Below, piece after piece: positions 42,244 to 57,813 of a stretch of DNA of 64,000 bases; position 1 is the stretch's first letter; every line of letters begins with the position of its first letter. A program made the position numbers and the translations under genes. This DNA comes from Eledone cirrhosa (lineage: Eukaryota). Where the stretch lies: the NCBI GenBank assembly GCA_964016885.1, contig OZ024753.1, positions 21,762,001-21,826,000 on the forward strand, in the 5' to 3' direction. The notes beneath the pieces are model-generated. The model did not search any database and was not told the DNA's origin. It saw nothing but the letters and a program-made list of their open reading frames with translations.

Positions 42244-42827
42244 TATCTATCTATCTATCTAAGGCGGGTAAAATTCCCGAGATCCATGGACGAGTTCTCT
42301 CCAGCGGTCTCTGTCCCTCATTATCGCTGCCATATCCTGCATCTCCAACAGACCAGTGTCTGTCCTTAGGGCATCAACATATGTTAACCTTGCTCTTCCT
42401 CTTCTAGTGTGTCCATGTAGGGGCTCCCAAAGGAGCACTGAGTGCAATGTCAACTCTGGATGTCGGTGAGCATGTCCAGCCAACCTCAGTCTCCTCTGTG
42501 TCACTTTTGAGCTAACTTTTGGGATGCTCCCATACAGCTCTGAGTTTTTCATCCTCAGTGTATACTGATTAATGTTCAGAGCCATCCTCAACATTCTCGT
42601 GTAGCACCCATCCACCATCTGAGTGAGTCTCTTGGTCAGTGTCCAAGTCTCAGACCCATACAGCAGCACAGACTCCACTACAGCAATGAAGAGGCGGATT
42701 TTCAGGTCTCTACGAAGGTCCGACTTCCACACCGATCTCAAGCTGTGACACGCCGCCCAGGCCTTGCTCTTCCTCTCAACCACACCATCTTCCGTATTCC
42801 CAATCTTTGGTCCCAAATACAGGAAGT

Positions 42828-42830
<3 letters not shown>
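42244..42830 (-). mobile_element. 5'-truncated RTE-type LINE (RT C-terminus) with (TAGA)n tail, in (TA)n
   Basis: [23 protein letters not shown]...RRLRLAGH..RH...LLWEP.HG..RRGR...DRDRWR; tail directly after the stop. Confidence 0.88.
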
Positions 42831-42884
<54 letters not shown>

Positions 42885-42954
42885 GTATATATATATATAT
42901 ATATACGTATATATATATATATATATATATATACACGTATATATATATATATAC

Positions 42955-43046
<92 letters not shown>

Positions 43047-43185
43047 AGTTTATGTTGGTTGTATACCAACACCTCAGTATGCAGGCTGGAGCACTCGACG
43101 AGGTGCGCAGGTTGGTTTGGTTACTCCGGAGTAGTGTAAAATAAAGTTAAATAAAAGTCAAATGATTAAAATTTAACTCCATTTA

Positions 43186-43235
43186 TATATATATTTCAGT
43201 GACAGCCATCTTTGGCTGTGACCTCTTCAGGCGGT
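43186..43235 (-). ncRNA. HHR core, second copy of the 25374 family (stem I lost)
   Basis: CUGAAGA ggucacagcca aaga uggcugucacu GAAA uauaua UA. Confidence 0.55.
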
Positions 43236-43376
43236 TTGAATTAGTATGGTATAGACAAGTACATATGTTGTTTAGGTGTATAATATTGTCAATACTCTGA
43301 TATGCCCAGTTCCTTGTTGGGTTGTTAATAAACTGAGGAACTGGAGTCATAGTATATATTTTATATATATATATAC

Positions 43377-43428
<52 letters not shown>

Positions 43429-43431
43429 GTA

Positions 43432-43462
<31 letters not shown>

Positions 43463-43497
43463 CGTATATATATTATATATATATATATATATACGTA

Positions 43498-44523
<1,026 letters not shown>

Positions 44524-44524
44524 G

Positions 44525-44555
<31 letters not shown>

Positions 44556-44597
44556 GTATATATATATATATATATATAAACGTATATGTATATATAT

Positions 44598-44677
<80 letters not shown>

Positions 44678-44701
44678 GTATATATATATATATATATATA
44701 T

Positions 44702-44818
44702 ATCTAAGGCGGGTAAAATTCCCGAGATCCATGGACGAGATCTCTCCAGCGGTCTCTGTCCCTCATTATCGCTGCCATGTCCTGCATCTCCAACAGACCA
44801 GTGTCTGTCCTTAGGGCA
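44702..44818 (-). mobile_element. Extreme 3' fragment of the same RTE, in (TA)n
   Basis: Near-identical to 42257-42373. Confidence 0.85.
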
Positions 44819-44875
44819 TATATATATACGTATATATATATATATATACGTATATATACGTATATATATATATAC

Positions 44876-44951
<76 letters not shown>

Positions 44952-45099
44952 GTATATATATATATATATACGTATATATATATATATACGTATATATACG
45001 TATATATATGTACGTATATATATACGTATATATATGTACGTATATATATACGTATATATATATATATACGTATATATATATATACGTATATATATATAC

Positions 45100-45155
<56 letters not shown>

Positions 45156-45291
45156 GTATATATATACGTATATATATATATATACGTATATATATATATA
45201 TACGTATATATATATACGTATATATATATATACGTATATATATACGTATATATATATATACGTATATATATACGTATATATATATATACAT

Positions 45292-45898
45292 TGTCAGGTC
45301 ACCAGTTGGTGCTACTGGTAACATGTATCCCAGTACAACCTGTCTCATGGTCGGGTCGTTGGCGACTAAACTGGCAACCCCACCAAGGTTTCTTGGTGAG
45401 GAGGGTGACTTTGGACATCCTGCAGGACTAAAAACAAAACCTGTCAAAGGGCAAAGGACCTCTTAAGACTCAATAGCCATCCAAAATCACCGGGAGAGAT
45501 GACCCCTTAGCCTTTGTCAAGGCAGAATTCTAGGAGAAGGAAAACTCTGATATAACACCTGCAACCCTGATGGTATCCAATGATGTTGACTTGTTCTTCT
45601 TTTTGGTAAATATCATCTTGGTTAAGAGAGTGGGACTGGCTTTGTGCAGTGCCTTTGCTCACTATAAAAGCTTCACAGCACAGGCATTGCTTTATATCTG
45701 GAGATCTCTCTGCACTTGTCATCACATGGTCAATATGATGCACTATGTGTCAATAATGGTCACAAGTGTAGTGTTTGTACCAGAGTTTTCAAGTCGCTGG
45801 CTGGACTAAAAAGTCACATTCGTTCAGCGCATCGGTAGGGGTTCTCCTACATGGATATAAAGCAGTGGCCGTACTCGAAAACGAGTTGGCAGCCACCA
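45292..45898 (+). mobile_element. ~608-bp non-autonomous element, copy 3, in (TA)n
   Basis: Same termini as copies 1 and 2. Confidence 0.8.
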
Positions 45899-45969
45899 TA
45901 TATATACGTATATATATATATACACGTATATATATATATACGTATATATATATACGTATATATATATAC

Positions 45970-46097
<128 letters not shown>

Positions 46098-46169
46098 TGA
46101 AATTTCCGTTGGAAACAGAAAAGGTCATAGAAATGGAGAGTGCTCTATGTAAGTATCAGATATATATAC

Positions 46170-47025
<856 letters not shown>

Positions 47026-47113
47026 GTATATATACGTATATATATATATATACACGTATATATACGTATATATATATATATATACACGTATATATATGTA
47101 TATATATATATAC

Positions 47114-47208
<95 letters not shown>

Positions 47209-48046
47209 CGTATATATATACGTATATATAAATGCATATATGTATAGATACATAAGTATAATATAAACACATATATGTATGGTATCCATGCTTTACCAGT
47301 TTTGCTGGATGGATGAAGAAAAACTTTATAACCGTCTCGTTTCACACTACCCGGAGAAACGTGACAAAACCATCCTCATTTCCCGTAACGTTTGTCTAAG
47401 GTAAGTCTACAGTTTCTTTTTTTTTCTGTATTAATTCTTTCCGTTTATTTCACATAGACACTGAGATATTGGTGCTAGCCTTAAATAATCTCTCTTTAGT
47501 TTTAAAACACCTTCCGTTAAAAAACGAGTTAAGATTTATTTGTGAAGTTCATGGATGACTAATTGCCCCCCCCCCCCTTCCGCTCCACTCGTTGACACTG
47601 ATTACTAACTTTGGAAGTGCAAGGTCATATCAATAGAGTGGGTGTGTAGTTGATGAAACCGGAACCAGTATTTGACCGGTACGTATTTTATTTAGCCGGA
47701 AAATACACCAGGAATTATCTGGCGGTATCTGTAGAATACATTTGCGTCAGCCTGTATATAATTCTAGGACTTTTCATATTTAGCTATCACATGGTAGGCA
47801 TGTTTTTCTATTGCCTAATGTACAAACAACTTGTGGACAAATTAGGTGATAAAGATGTTAGCTAGTGAGAAATGGGCCTCTGGGAGCAGCAGATAGGACT
47901 CTTGAAAGAGGGTTTCCCTAACGACGTCACTTTCAATTCTCAGTTGAAACCATTTCACGTGTGATCCTACCGTTTGAGGTATGGAAGGTAAAACATATCC
48001 CTTACAACCACAAGGTATAACTCTCGTGTCGAGTTTTACCTTGTAC

Positions 48047-48187
48047 TGGCGGAATGGTTAGGAAGCTCAGTAGGTCTCAGGTTCAAGCCTACTGTGTAGC
48101 AAATGACCAAATGTGAAGAACCATAACCCCGAGTCAACAGGTCTTGTGAGAGGAATTTAGTAGACAGAAACTCTTTGGAAGCCTGTC
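48047..48187 (+). mobile_element. Degenerate tRNA-derived SINE of a second family
   Basis: tggcggaatggtta A box, ggttcaagcc B box, cttgtgag..gaattt.gtagac.gaaact..gaagcc tail; similar stretch at 31655-31770. Confidence 0.5.
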
Positions 48188-49014
48188 AGATGAACTATAT
48201 TAAGCTCGTCACACTGTCATAAGGAACATCGCCGAGGATTACGTAAAGGTTACACATCTCTGTGGAATTCCCAGCCGTTAATTTCATGATCAGGCTTATT
48301 CCATTGATGAGGATACTCATCTTCGAAACCGGTGAAAGCCCATTCCAGTCAACTTTAAACAAAGTACACATATTTCTACAAGAAATATTATTGTTATGAC
48401 ATTTTAAGAACTTTAAGAGCAAAAAATAAAATAAAATAAAACATGAAATAAAAAATAAAACTAAATAGAAATAAAAACCAAACTAAAAACACTGGCGTAA
48501 AGTCTGCCCCACCCCTTCCTTTGCTATTCTCCTCCTTTTCCTCTTTTATGGCAATTCTAGTCCTTTCCAACACGGCTTTCTTTTTCTCTGTTTAACCAAA
48601 TAAAACATAAACTGTCATTGAAATATTTTAATCCCGGCCATTAACAGAAATCCTCATAATTCTTCAAATAAATTGACGTCGTTTTAAAGTAACTGTGAAT
48701 ATTATAATCAAAGTCTTGATAATCTTAATTGATGTGAAAAGACCTTAGAAATACGATGATTATGGAACAAATATAATCAATAAGTTAGCTAGCATGCGAA
48801 AGTAATTGAAGGAAGAAAACCGTTTCGTTGCGGTTCATTCAGGTGTAAAATTTATCATTGGATTTCATGTTTTGTTCCACTTGAATAGCTAATTAAATTG
48901 TTTTTAAGTAGAAAGTTGTGGAGAAATATAATACATTCTGTTAATTCTAGAAAGACATAAAGTGAAATAAACTATAGACACATGTATATATGTTCTTCTA
49001 TACTAATAATAATG

Positions 49015-50530
49015 GTTTCTTCATTGGCCACAAGGGTTAACATGAAGAAAAATATTACAGACGTCACAGAACGGTACAGGACGATACAAAGTGAGTTTTG
49101 GCCGTGTAAAACGTTTATAACAAGAAGATAGAAATGTGTAAAAACAAATAAAAAAAAATTCCCCCGAAAGGGGGAAACCTCCGAGAATCACTCGTGGCGA
49201 AAACAAAAGACCACGGCCACCCTGACCACCAGTGTAAGCACTCTCTCTCAGTTAGTTCTTCCACTCCTCAGTCTACAGGAGCATACTCACTCGGACCAGA
49301 CTCGCGACCGACTTTCACCCACCTTTCTACAAACTTACTAGAAGACGGCACTTGCCTCTCCACCCTGATTTTCCTCTTCAAGTGAAACTTGAAAAAGTTA
49401 ATCAGGGATTTGCCGAAGAGGAAAGTGTGCCTCTTCAATCCTTTCAACCTTGTCCACCACACAATCTCTTTCGCCATGGCCACCAGGCAGATGAAAACTG
49501 CCTGCCCTTCCTCCTCCTTAAAGGAGGACGGGCAGGCAGTTTTCAGAAGGGCACCAAATCTAGTTCCTACCTCTTTAGGGTTTCCAAAGAGTGAGACTTC
49601 GCCTCTTGAGGGGTGGCAAAAATTACATATACTGTGGCATACTTTTTGCTTGGGGTGATGTGGGTTTTGCGTGCCCAGACGCACCTCAAGGCCTTTTAAA
49701 TTTGAGCCTCCGTGGCTCTCTCCACCCGATGTGTTCTTTTTCTTACAGTGCGGTAAGTCACCGTCTGTAGCTGCTGGTCCTTGAAAAAATTGGGTGGAGG
49801 TTTCAGGGAGACTCTATTGGCTTTTCTAGTCACCATGGCTCTTGCAACTGCCATCTCCTCTTCTGTGACTACCACTGTCTCTATATTTTGGGCCACACCC
49901 GCAAAAGAAGTGGCCCCTTTTTATTGCTGCCGCTGCTACTGGTCTGGTTGTTGGTGCTGGAATCGTTGTTACTGTTATTGATGTTGTTATTGTTGTTTTC
50001 GTTGATACTGTTGCTGCTCTTATTGTTGTTGTGGCTAGTCATTGTTATTGTTGTTGTTTCCTTTGATACTATTGCTGTTGTTATTGTTGTCGTGGCAGTC
50101 ATTGTTATTGACTTTCTCGACCTTATTACTGTTGTTATTGATGGTGTTGTTGTTGGTGTTATTGCTGTTGTTATTGTTGTTGTTGTGGCTATTGTTATTG
50201 TCTTTCTCGACCTTATTGCTGTTATTTTCGTTGTTGCTGTTGTTGGTGTTGGTGTTGGTGTTGGTGTTGTTGTTGGTGTTGTTTGTGTTAGTACTATTTG
50301 GTATTTTTAAATCTGAAATAATATTAAAAATGATATTGTTTTTCTTTTCTTTCGTAATATTTTCTTCTTTTATATTCATCTTTGCTAGAACGCCGTCTTG
50401 TTGACATGTTGACAAAGTCTCCCTCTCTCTGGGTTGTCTAACAGCATTCTCTCTTTTTTTTTGTGGTATCCATGTTTGAACAAATTTTTTTTTTCCAGTA
50501 AATTTTACAGAATACGACACCCCATAAAGG
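49015..50530 (-). mobile_element. Internally deleted L1/Tx1-type element
   Basis: Asn-rich ORF1 start and SFA...L.TV..RT motif fused near 49600-49690 to ORF2 end AVFICLVAMAKEIVWWTRLKGL...ERWVKV; 3' end gtggccaatgaaagaaac matches 25122-25140. Confidence 0.8.
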
Positions 50531-50696
50531 GGTGCCGTATTATTTACGAGTGAACCCCTGTGTTAAGTGGGTCACTTCTTCTAAATTCTTATCAAGTTTA
50601 AAAACTTGAATAAAAGGTTAGAAACAGTCGAAATAGATGTATACTGTTGAAAATAACTGGAGCCGATAAGAAGCGTGGCTTCACCTTCAATAATAA

Positions 50697-50815
50697 TAAT
50701 TGTTTCTACTTTTGGGACAAACCAGCAATTAACCCAATGCATTACTGGTGCTTTATTTTATCGGTCCCGTAAGGATGAAAGGCAAAGTTAACCTCGGCGG
50801 GATTTGAACTCAGAA
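50697..50815 (-). mobile_element. SINE (5'-truncated)
   Basis: Reverse complement of B box, core and tail. Confidence 0.75.
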
Positions 50816-51209
50816 TATTAATATATCATGCCGCAAGAATATATTTCTTTAATGAGTTCATATTTGCCATAAATATATACTGTTATGTATTTTTACTCAG
50901 AGAACTTAAAATTGTACATCGTAGATTGATTTCTAATATATTCACACAGCTTATGCTGAAAGAATAACTATGTTACTTGTGTTTATTTCCATCTTCGGTT
51001 AGCTTCCCCTGTGTTGTTTACTTGTCTCACTCGCTTTACGCGTTTCTATTGTCCTAATAACTTATTTTAGTTATTATCGCTCCAACGTGAGGTATATGAT
51101 TTTTAATGCGATGAAATACCCATGATCGTTTGGTAAATCACTGATGAGGGACTCATTTTATAACATGTTATCCATGTGCAACCAGCAGTTTTCTTCTCAC
51201 CCATATTTT

Positions 51210-51271
<62 letters not shown>

Positions 51272-51339
51272 ACGTAAAATAAGAAAATTTCTTTAAAAAA
51301 AATTTTTTTTAAAAATTAACTTACTTACTTAAATTTTCA

Positions 51340-51419
51340 CTCCAACTAATTAGTTTCTGCAATGGGATAAAGACAGTTACGTAATGAACTGTTGAGAATT
51401 TCATTGCGTCATCAGGGAG
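51340..51419 (-). ncRNA. Type I HHR (inverted copy)
   Basis: cucc CUGAUGA c gcaaug [acaguu..aacugu] cauugc a GAAA cuaauuag UU ggag. Confidence 0.82.
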
Positions 51420-51669
51420 GTCATTCTCAGCCGAGTCTCCAGGCGATGCGCGGACACTGGGGACTCATATAAAAATAATAATAATTCGGCAACTGGAACA
51501 GCTATCGAGGACTGGATTCCAGCCACTGAAAATTCTCACTGCCACTGATCATATGGCCGATTCTAAAGAATCAATCACGTGACACAGAGGCTAGTCAGTA
51601 GGAATTATTATTATTTTTATATGAGTCCCCAGTGTCCGCGCATCGCCTGGAGACTCGGCTGAGAATGAC

Positions 51670-51749
51670 CTCCCTGATGACGCAATGAAATTCTCAACAG
51701 TTCATTACGTAACTGTCTTTATCCCATTGCAGAAACTAATTAGTTGGAG
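51670..51749 (+). ncRNA. Type I HHR (tandem copy 1)
   Basis: Same as 51340-51419. Confidence 0.82.
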
Positions 51750-52221
51750 TGAAAATTTAAGTAAGTTAATTTTAAAAAAAAATTTTTTTTAAAGAAATTT
51801 TCTTATTTTACGTCTTATATATTATTGTTCTGCATTCTCCTGCATTGAACCACCTAGGTACTATGACATAACCTGTGTATTTGCTGGCATTGGCGTACAT
51901 CTGCGCGCTTATGTTAGTAGATATATTAAATTATCTATATTTATCTCCAAATCACTGATTTGTCGAGCAAACCTGCCAAAACCACTTCTAAATTTTTTGG
52001 GGGGTGTTAGTAGGCGTCTGTCATCTTACCATCCCATTCCTACTGACTAGCCTCTGTGTCACGTGATTGATTCTTTAGAATCGGCCATATGATCAGTGGC
52101 AGTGAGAATTTTCAGTGGCTGGAATCCAGTCCTCGATAGCTGTTCCAGTTGCCGAATTATTATTATTTTTATATGAGTCCCCAGTGTCCGCGCATCGCCT
52201 GGAGACTCGGCTGAGAATGAC

Positions 52222-52301
52222 CTCCCTGATGACGCGATGAAATTCTCAACAGTTCATTACGTAACTGTCTTTATCCCATTGCAGAAACTAATTAGTTGGA
52301 G
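52222..52301 (+). ncRNA. Type I HHR (tandem copy 2)
   Basis: Same, with one A-U to G-U change in stem II. Confidence 0.82.
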
Positions 52302-52719
52302 TGAAAATTTAAGTAAGTTAATTTTTTAAAAGAAATTTTTTTAAAGAAATTTTCTTATTTTACGTCTTATATATTATTGTTCTGCATTCTCCTGCATTGA
52401 ACCACCTAGGTACTATGACATAACCTGTGTATTTGCTGGCATTGGCGTACATCTGTGCGCTTATGTTAGTAGATATATTAAATTATCTCTCTATATATAT
52501 ATATATTGGTAAACGGAATAGATATAATATATATATATATAATAAATACAATATCGGAGAAAGCTTTTTAGCGATACTCCGGCCAAATTCCAACTCACTC
52601 AACAAACATTAGGAAATAAGTGATTATATTCCCAATTATGTGTTCGGGGTGCTAACTAAAAGTATTGCGTGGAAAGTTGGCTGTATTATTTCAAATGAGA
52701 TATATCTAATATATCTCTT

Positions 52720-52846
52720 CCCAGACGGACGTCTCGTTTCATTATAGGATTCCTACAATTTGGGTGAAATTATACCAATTTATGTAGGAGCTTGTATACC
52801 ATCAATAGATATATATTCAAGTGGGCTCCTATAATTCATCAGTGGG
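52720..52846 (-). ncRNA. Type I HHR with branched stem II
   Basis: ccca CUGAUGA auuauagga [~75 nt, two hairpins] uccuauaau GAAA cgagacguccg UC uggg. Confidence 0.8.
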
Positions 52847-53959
52847 TGCCCCAATAATACTAATATTGATAATCTAACCAACATCAGCATTTAGCGATAA
52901 TCACTTTCTGTGCCTGAGGTATCTGTCAGGTTGCCAGTCCAGCAGTTCTGAATGAAGTGCTCGAACTGATTCAAAAAATGAGTAAGTGAATTACCGCCAA
53001 AAAAAAACAATACATGCGCGTGACAATGAACTCTGAAAGGAATTCAGGCCACGTGCTAAGAACTCAATTGGAAATTGAAAAAATATCTATGTGTACAACA
53101 TTTGATGACACACACAGATATTTTCTCGGGCAAAATAACAGAATGAGATATAAGGAACAATTAATATTCATATACAAAAAATAAACAAAGAAATGCTAAC
53201 CTTATACCGGGAATTTTTTTCAAATCTGCTGCGTTTTGGAACCCTCAACAATGCAGGTGGGTAAATCTCCGGGTAACAGAATCAGGTGGTAATGAGAGAG
53301 AGAGGTAGGAGGAAGCTAGAAAGAGACGTAGAGAGCAAGAACGTAGGAAAAGTGTAAAAATTGATAACACTTGGAAGTGATTTAATAGTCCCTATATTTC
53401 GGATTTCGCATCCAACAAATGGGGATTTTCCGAGGGGAAAAAGTTGTCGGAGAGGGACAACACGTGGCCTCCGCTGTTTACCGTGTACGTAAAGTGAAAT
53501 ACTCTATCGGGTGAGTGTGCGCGCGGAATAGCTGCGGTCAGACAAATGTCGAGGCAGTTCTTCTATACTAGAGTAGTTGGGTGGTGGTGGGTCAGTGTGT
53601 ACGCATCTTCGCTGTCAAATCTTTACATTCGGTCTGTGATACTGGCAGGCATGGTATTGGTAGTCTGCCTGCTTGTTGTCTGTCGGTCGGTGGGTGTTGG
53701 ACACGACATACACACAATAAGACTCGCTCGACTGCTACTCTGTGTGTTTTTGTTTTTGTTACATTTGTTTACACCAGCCATCTCGTCTCACTTCTCTCGG
53801 AACGATTATTGATTTGTGGTCCGAGGTGTTTGATCCAGAGTGCCTCCTTGATTCTTAAAGTGCCGTCGTTGCGTTCCGTTGCTGACACTGTGACAATGGA
53901 CCTTCCGTCTTAGTTTCCGCATTTGATTATGTTTTTCCGGAAATACGAAACTATGAGGA

Positions 53960-54190
53960 GATGGGCAGCAGAAGGTCTTCAGAGAAGAACGCCCAGGAGA
54001 GCTGACAACAGAAGGTCTTCAGAGAAGAAACTCATTAGATGAGCTGTACAACAGGGGTCTTCAGAGAAGAAACTCTGAGGAGTGCTGGACAGCAGAATGT
54101 CTTCAGAGAAGAAACTCATCAGATGAGCTGGACAACAGAAGGTCTTCAGAGAAGAAACTCTGCGGAAAGCTGGACAACAGAAGGTCTTTA
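53960..54190. repeat. ~42-bp minisatellite (~6 copies)
   Basis: Unit agctggacaacagaaggtcttcagagaagaaactc... Confidence 0.85.
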
Positions 54191-54384
54191 AAGAAACCCC
54201 GCTGATGCAAGTGTTTCGGCAATTATGTGATTAAATATATAAGTAACATTGGAGAAATAATTATTTATAAAGACAAATGTGTTGGTAGAACGCTGGATCT
54301 TGTGATTGGAAAACGAAATTATTGTATCAACGTGACAGATATAAATGCATTGCGTGTCTATTTGTGTGTCACACAGATGCGCAT

Positions 54385-54502
<118 letters not shown>

Positions 54503-55379
54503 ATATGACGTATTATTATGATTGATTATCATATATGAACAAATAAAACTTCACTGTTTTAAGATCATACACACTCACTGAAATATATCGCCATTTAGAA
54601 TCACTTGTAAAGAAATGATTGTATTTCCATAAAAAAACTGCAATTAATAATTCATAATTTATATCGGAGAGATAGCTATAAAAATGTTAATTATTTTATT
54701 AATTAAATTTAATTTATAATTTTCTTTATAGAATTGTTTTAAAAAAGAAATTCACCTTTTACCGAGATAGTAGGACACAGACTTAATACCTTGCAGCAAC
54801 AGGTGAAACTACGAGCATTGTTTGAACTGAAATACCTCAGGGCTACATTTGTTTCTTTTTGATGTTCATTGTGTTGATGGAATAAACAACCAAACACATA
54901 CTGCTTTCGATTCCAAAGACTTGAAAACTATTCTAGACAGTTATGGACTATCGATAATTTGTAATTACAGATCATACATTAGCCACTCTCTGATAAGATA
55001 TGTGGTCGAATCTGTGATAGTGGAGACTTCCGGCATTCTTGGCACCCGGACCACTTTCTTCCCTACTCAATTCAATCGGAGCTGAGTTGCCTAGCAACAA
55101 ATGCGAGTCCTACGATGTCGAGTGGCTGTCGCAACACGTATCCCTCACCATTCTCTGGGTCAATGTCTTCTCCATCCTATCCACCAGGACCACGATGTTG
55201 AGTGACTATTCCATCACGTCTCCCTCGCCATCCTCTGGTCTTCTCCATCCTGTCCCCCGGGGAGACTGACTGACCATTAACCTACATTGACAGATTTCAT
55301 TACCCTATTATCTATAACCTCCATCGTTCTCAATAATCCATTACATTATCTTAAACTTGCTTTCTATTATTAACGACAA

Positions 55380-55476
55380 TTAACTTTGCCTTTCATCCTT
55401 ACGGGTTCGATAAAATAAAGTACCAGTAATACACTGGATTATTGCTGGCCTTGAGCCAAAAGTAGAAACAACTATT
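55380..55476 (+). mobile_element. SINE 3' half
   Basis: Core and tail as in the 14038 copy. Confidence 0.7.
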
Positions 55477-56654
55477 AAAGACAATTGATTTAATAAACGA
55501 ACGACAAATATATTTATTTTCAGAAAAGCCCTAGAACATTAGACCGTGTAGTATTTGAAAATATCTTTCTAGGATTGCATCATCTAGGATGGTATGTGCA
55601 GCTAGTTTTGGGGTTTAGTTCTGACTTTAACAAATTTTACATCTAGAAAACCTCGCTCATATTCAGGTAGGTTGTTTCATGCTAGCAGGAGTTAGATTTG
55701 AACGAAGTCGGGAACGTATCCAAGTCTCGTGGGATTTAAGCGACTGAAAGGTTAATCCCGGGCAACTAGGAAATGAAATGTCTTGCTCAAATGCTTCACT
55801 TAGTCAAGAAATTGAACTAACGAGAGATCGTATCTGTGAAACCAACCCCCAACCACTATGCAAGACACATACCTCTGAGTTAGTAAAACTAAATCGATCA
55901 TTGTTTCATAAACATAAATTCTGAAATATTATTGAAGTGGGAAGATGAGGCTTCTATCCCTTTCCAAATGTATTAACTAGTTATTTGACAGAAATAACTG
56001 GTTATAAATTCCAGAGTCGAGTCATTTAACAAACCGGGAAGTGATTTTCACATCAATGTAAAAAGTTTGCGATTCTTCTGGTTTTATAATTTCACAAATT
56101 TTTGCCAATAGCGAGAGAGTCGGTTTCTAACATAGTTACAAGACTCTCTCATCGCTCATCGGAATTTACACAACATCAACTAGGTAGATATGTCTGCATG
56201 CATGCATGTGTGCAGGTATGGATGTTATTGTATGTGTGGATGTGGATGTTTTGGGTTGTATGTGTGCATGTGTATATGCTTAGTATCTGTACATGTGTAT
56301 ATGCAGTTATTAGATGCAGAATTTTGGGAATGTTTTATATATTTTTACTGTTCTATTAATGGATTGTACTTGTAATTTCCCAACTAATCGTGTTGTATGT
56401 ATGAACAAATCAGTCTGGTTAGACATAGTAGTAAATATTCCCTCAAATTAAACAATAAACTATTTTTTTTGTATATATATATGTATATATAATTTGCGTT
56501 TTTTCGTTCTTATTCTATCTTTATTCTTTCTATTCTCCACTCCGAACTCTGATGAAGGACAAATGTTCGACACGCTGACTGTTTAACTCTCTTTCTTTTA
56601 AGCGTGAAACTAATAAGACTTAATGTATCTTGTTTTTTGTTTCTTGTATTCTTG

Positions 56655-56723
<69 letters not shown>

Positions 56724-57335
56724 ATGCATGTGTTTGTGTGTGTGTGTTTGTATGTGTGTGTGCGCCTGTGTTTGTGTGTGCGCGCCTGTGTTTGTGTGTG
56801 TGTATTCTCCAACCATTGTTTGTATAGTATAATATATGAATCTAATTAAAATAGTCCAAAACAAAGATGAAACGAAGACATGTCTAGTATCCGCCATTAC
56901 TGTTAGAAACGAGTTAACTATTTTGGAAATAATGAAATTTCTTTCATTATTTCTTTCGTTCATTAAAACTTTTGATGAATCTATTTTCACTGTTATAAAA
57001 ATTCGATTTTCTTTTTCCTGACAATAATTAAGTTCATTACCAATTCTATATTACTTCTATCATATTTCCCGCTTCATATTTCTCCAGAATTGAAATATTT
57101 ACGGCCCCAATAATGACAATAACAATAACAATAACAAGCACACCCGTGGTATTTATTTCATAAACCATTATTATGATTAGCAAATATACACATATACATA
57201 GAAAGACATGCACACATACATGCATACATACATTGACACACATACATACGCAATACACATATACATACACATATACATACACACATGCATACACACATAA
57301 ATACATACATACAGACACGCTCACATACATTCATA

Positions 57336-57813
57336 TGATGGCTGTAACTCGATTTCGATTATTGCCATCGCTTCATACTTCAGCATGAACAGCAAGGATG
57401 TGGCTTTTTAGTCCTGCTAGGGGTTTTCCTATGGCCAGCATCGCAAAAAATGTCACGTATCAAGCGATGCCTGAAGATTTTTTAAATGAGGAAAGGCCTT
57501 GCATGGAGCCAATCCCACTGAACATCGAATGTATTTAGATCTGGTCTACATCATTGGATGCAAACGAACTCGAACGTTTTATATGAAAGTGACCTTCTCT
57601 TAGAGAGGTGTCTTAATGAAGACTAGGGGTCCATCGCTCTACAGGCCCCTCAAAAATACTTTATTAGATGGCCGTTGAATTTCCCGAATTCCTCAGTCGT
57701 TTGACGGGTTTTGTGTTAAATCCAGCAGAATGTTCAAACCCCTCCTCCCCACCAAACAAGCTTGCTGGGGTTGCAGATTTAGTCGCTGACGACACGACGA
57801 TGCACGGGTTGTA
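57336..57813 (-). mobile_element. Diverged relative of the ~608-bp element
   Basis: Shares tacaacc..gtcgNNNNcgactaaa..gcaacccca, acaaaacc.gtcaaa, atccaatgat, agtggga.tggct and 3' gagtt..cagcca.ca. Confidence 0.7.

Larger units (their letters stand above)
51268..52488 (+). mobile_element. 552-bp HHR monomer, 1.6 tandem copies plus inverted segment, in (TA)n
   Basis: 51602-51936 repeats at 52154-52488; 51268-51605 is the reverse complement of 52036-52370; three HHR copies. Confidence 0.88.

Noticed and set aside
47280-47406. Possible host exon ending in ag|gtaagt
   Set aside because: Only a donor-like site; no recognisable coding sequence or partner exons
48304-48336. HHR-like ttgatga..gaaaccggtg
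   Set aside because: U3 with G8, G at position 17, no stem I
55030-55270. Possible decayed RTE 3' fragment on the minus strand
   Set aside because: Too degenerate to support by eye
56546-56580. HHR-like ctgatgaaggac aaat gttc gacacg
   Set aside because: GAAA altered to GACA and no stem I; at most a decayed copy
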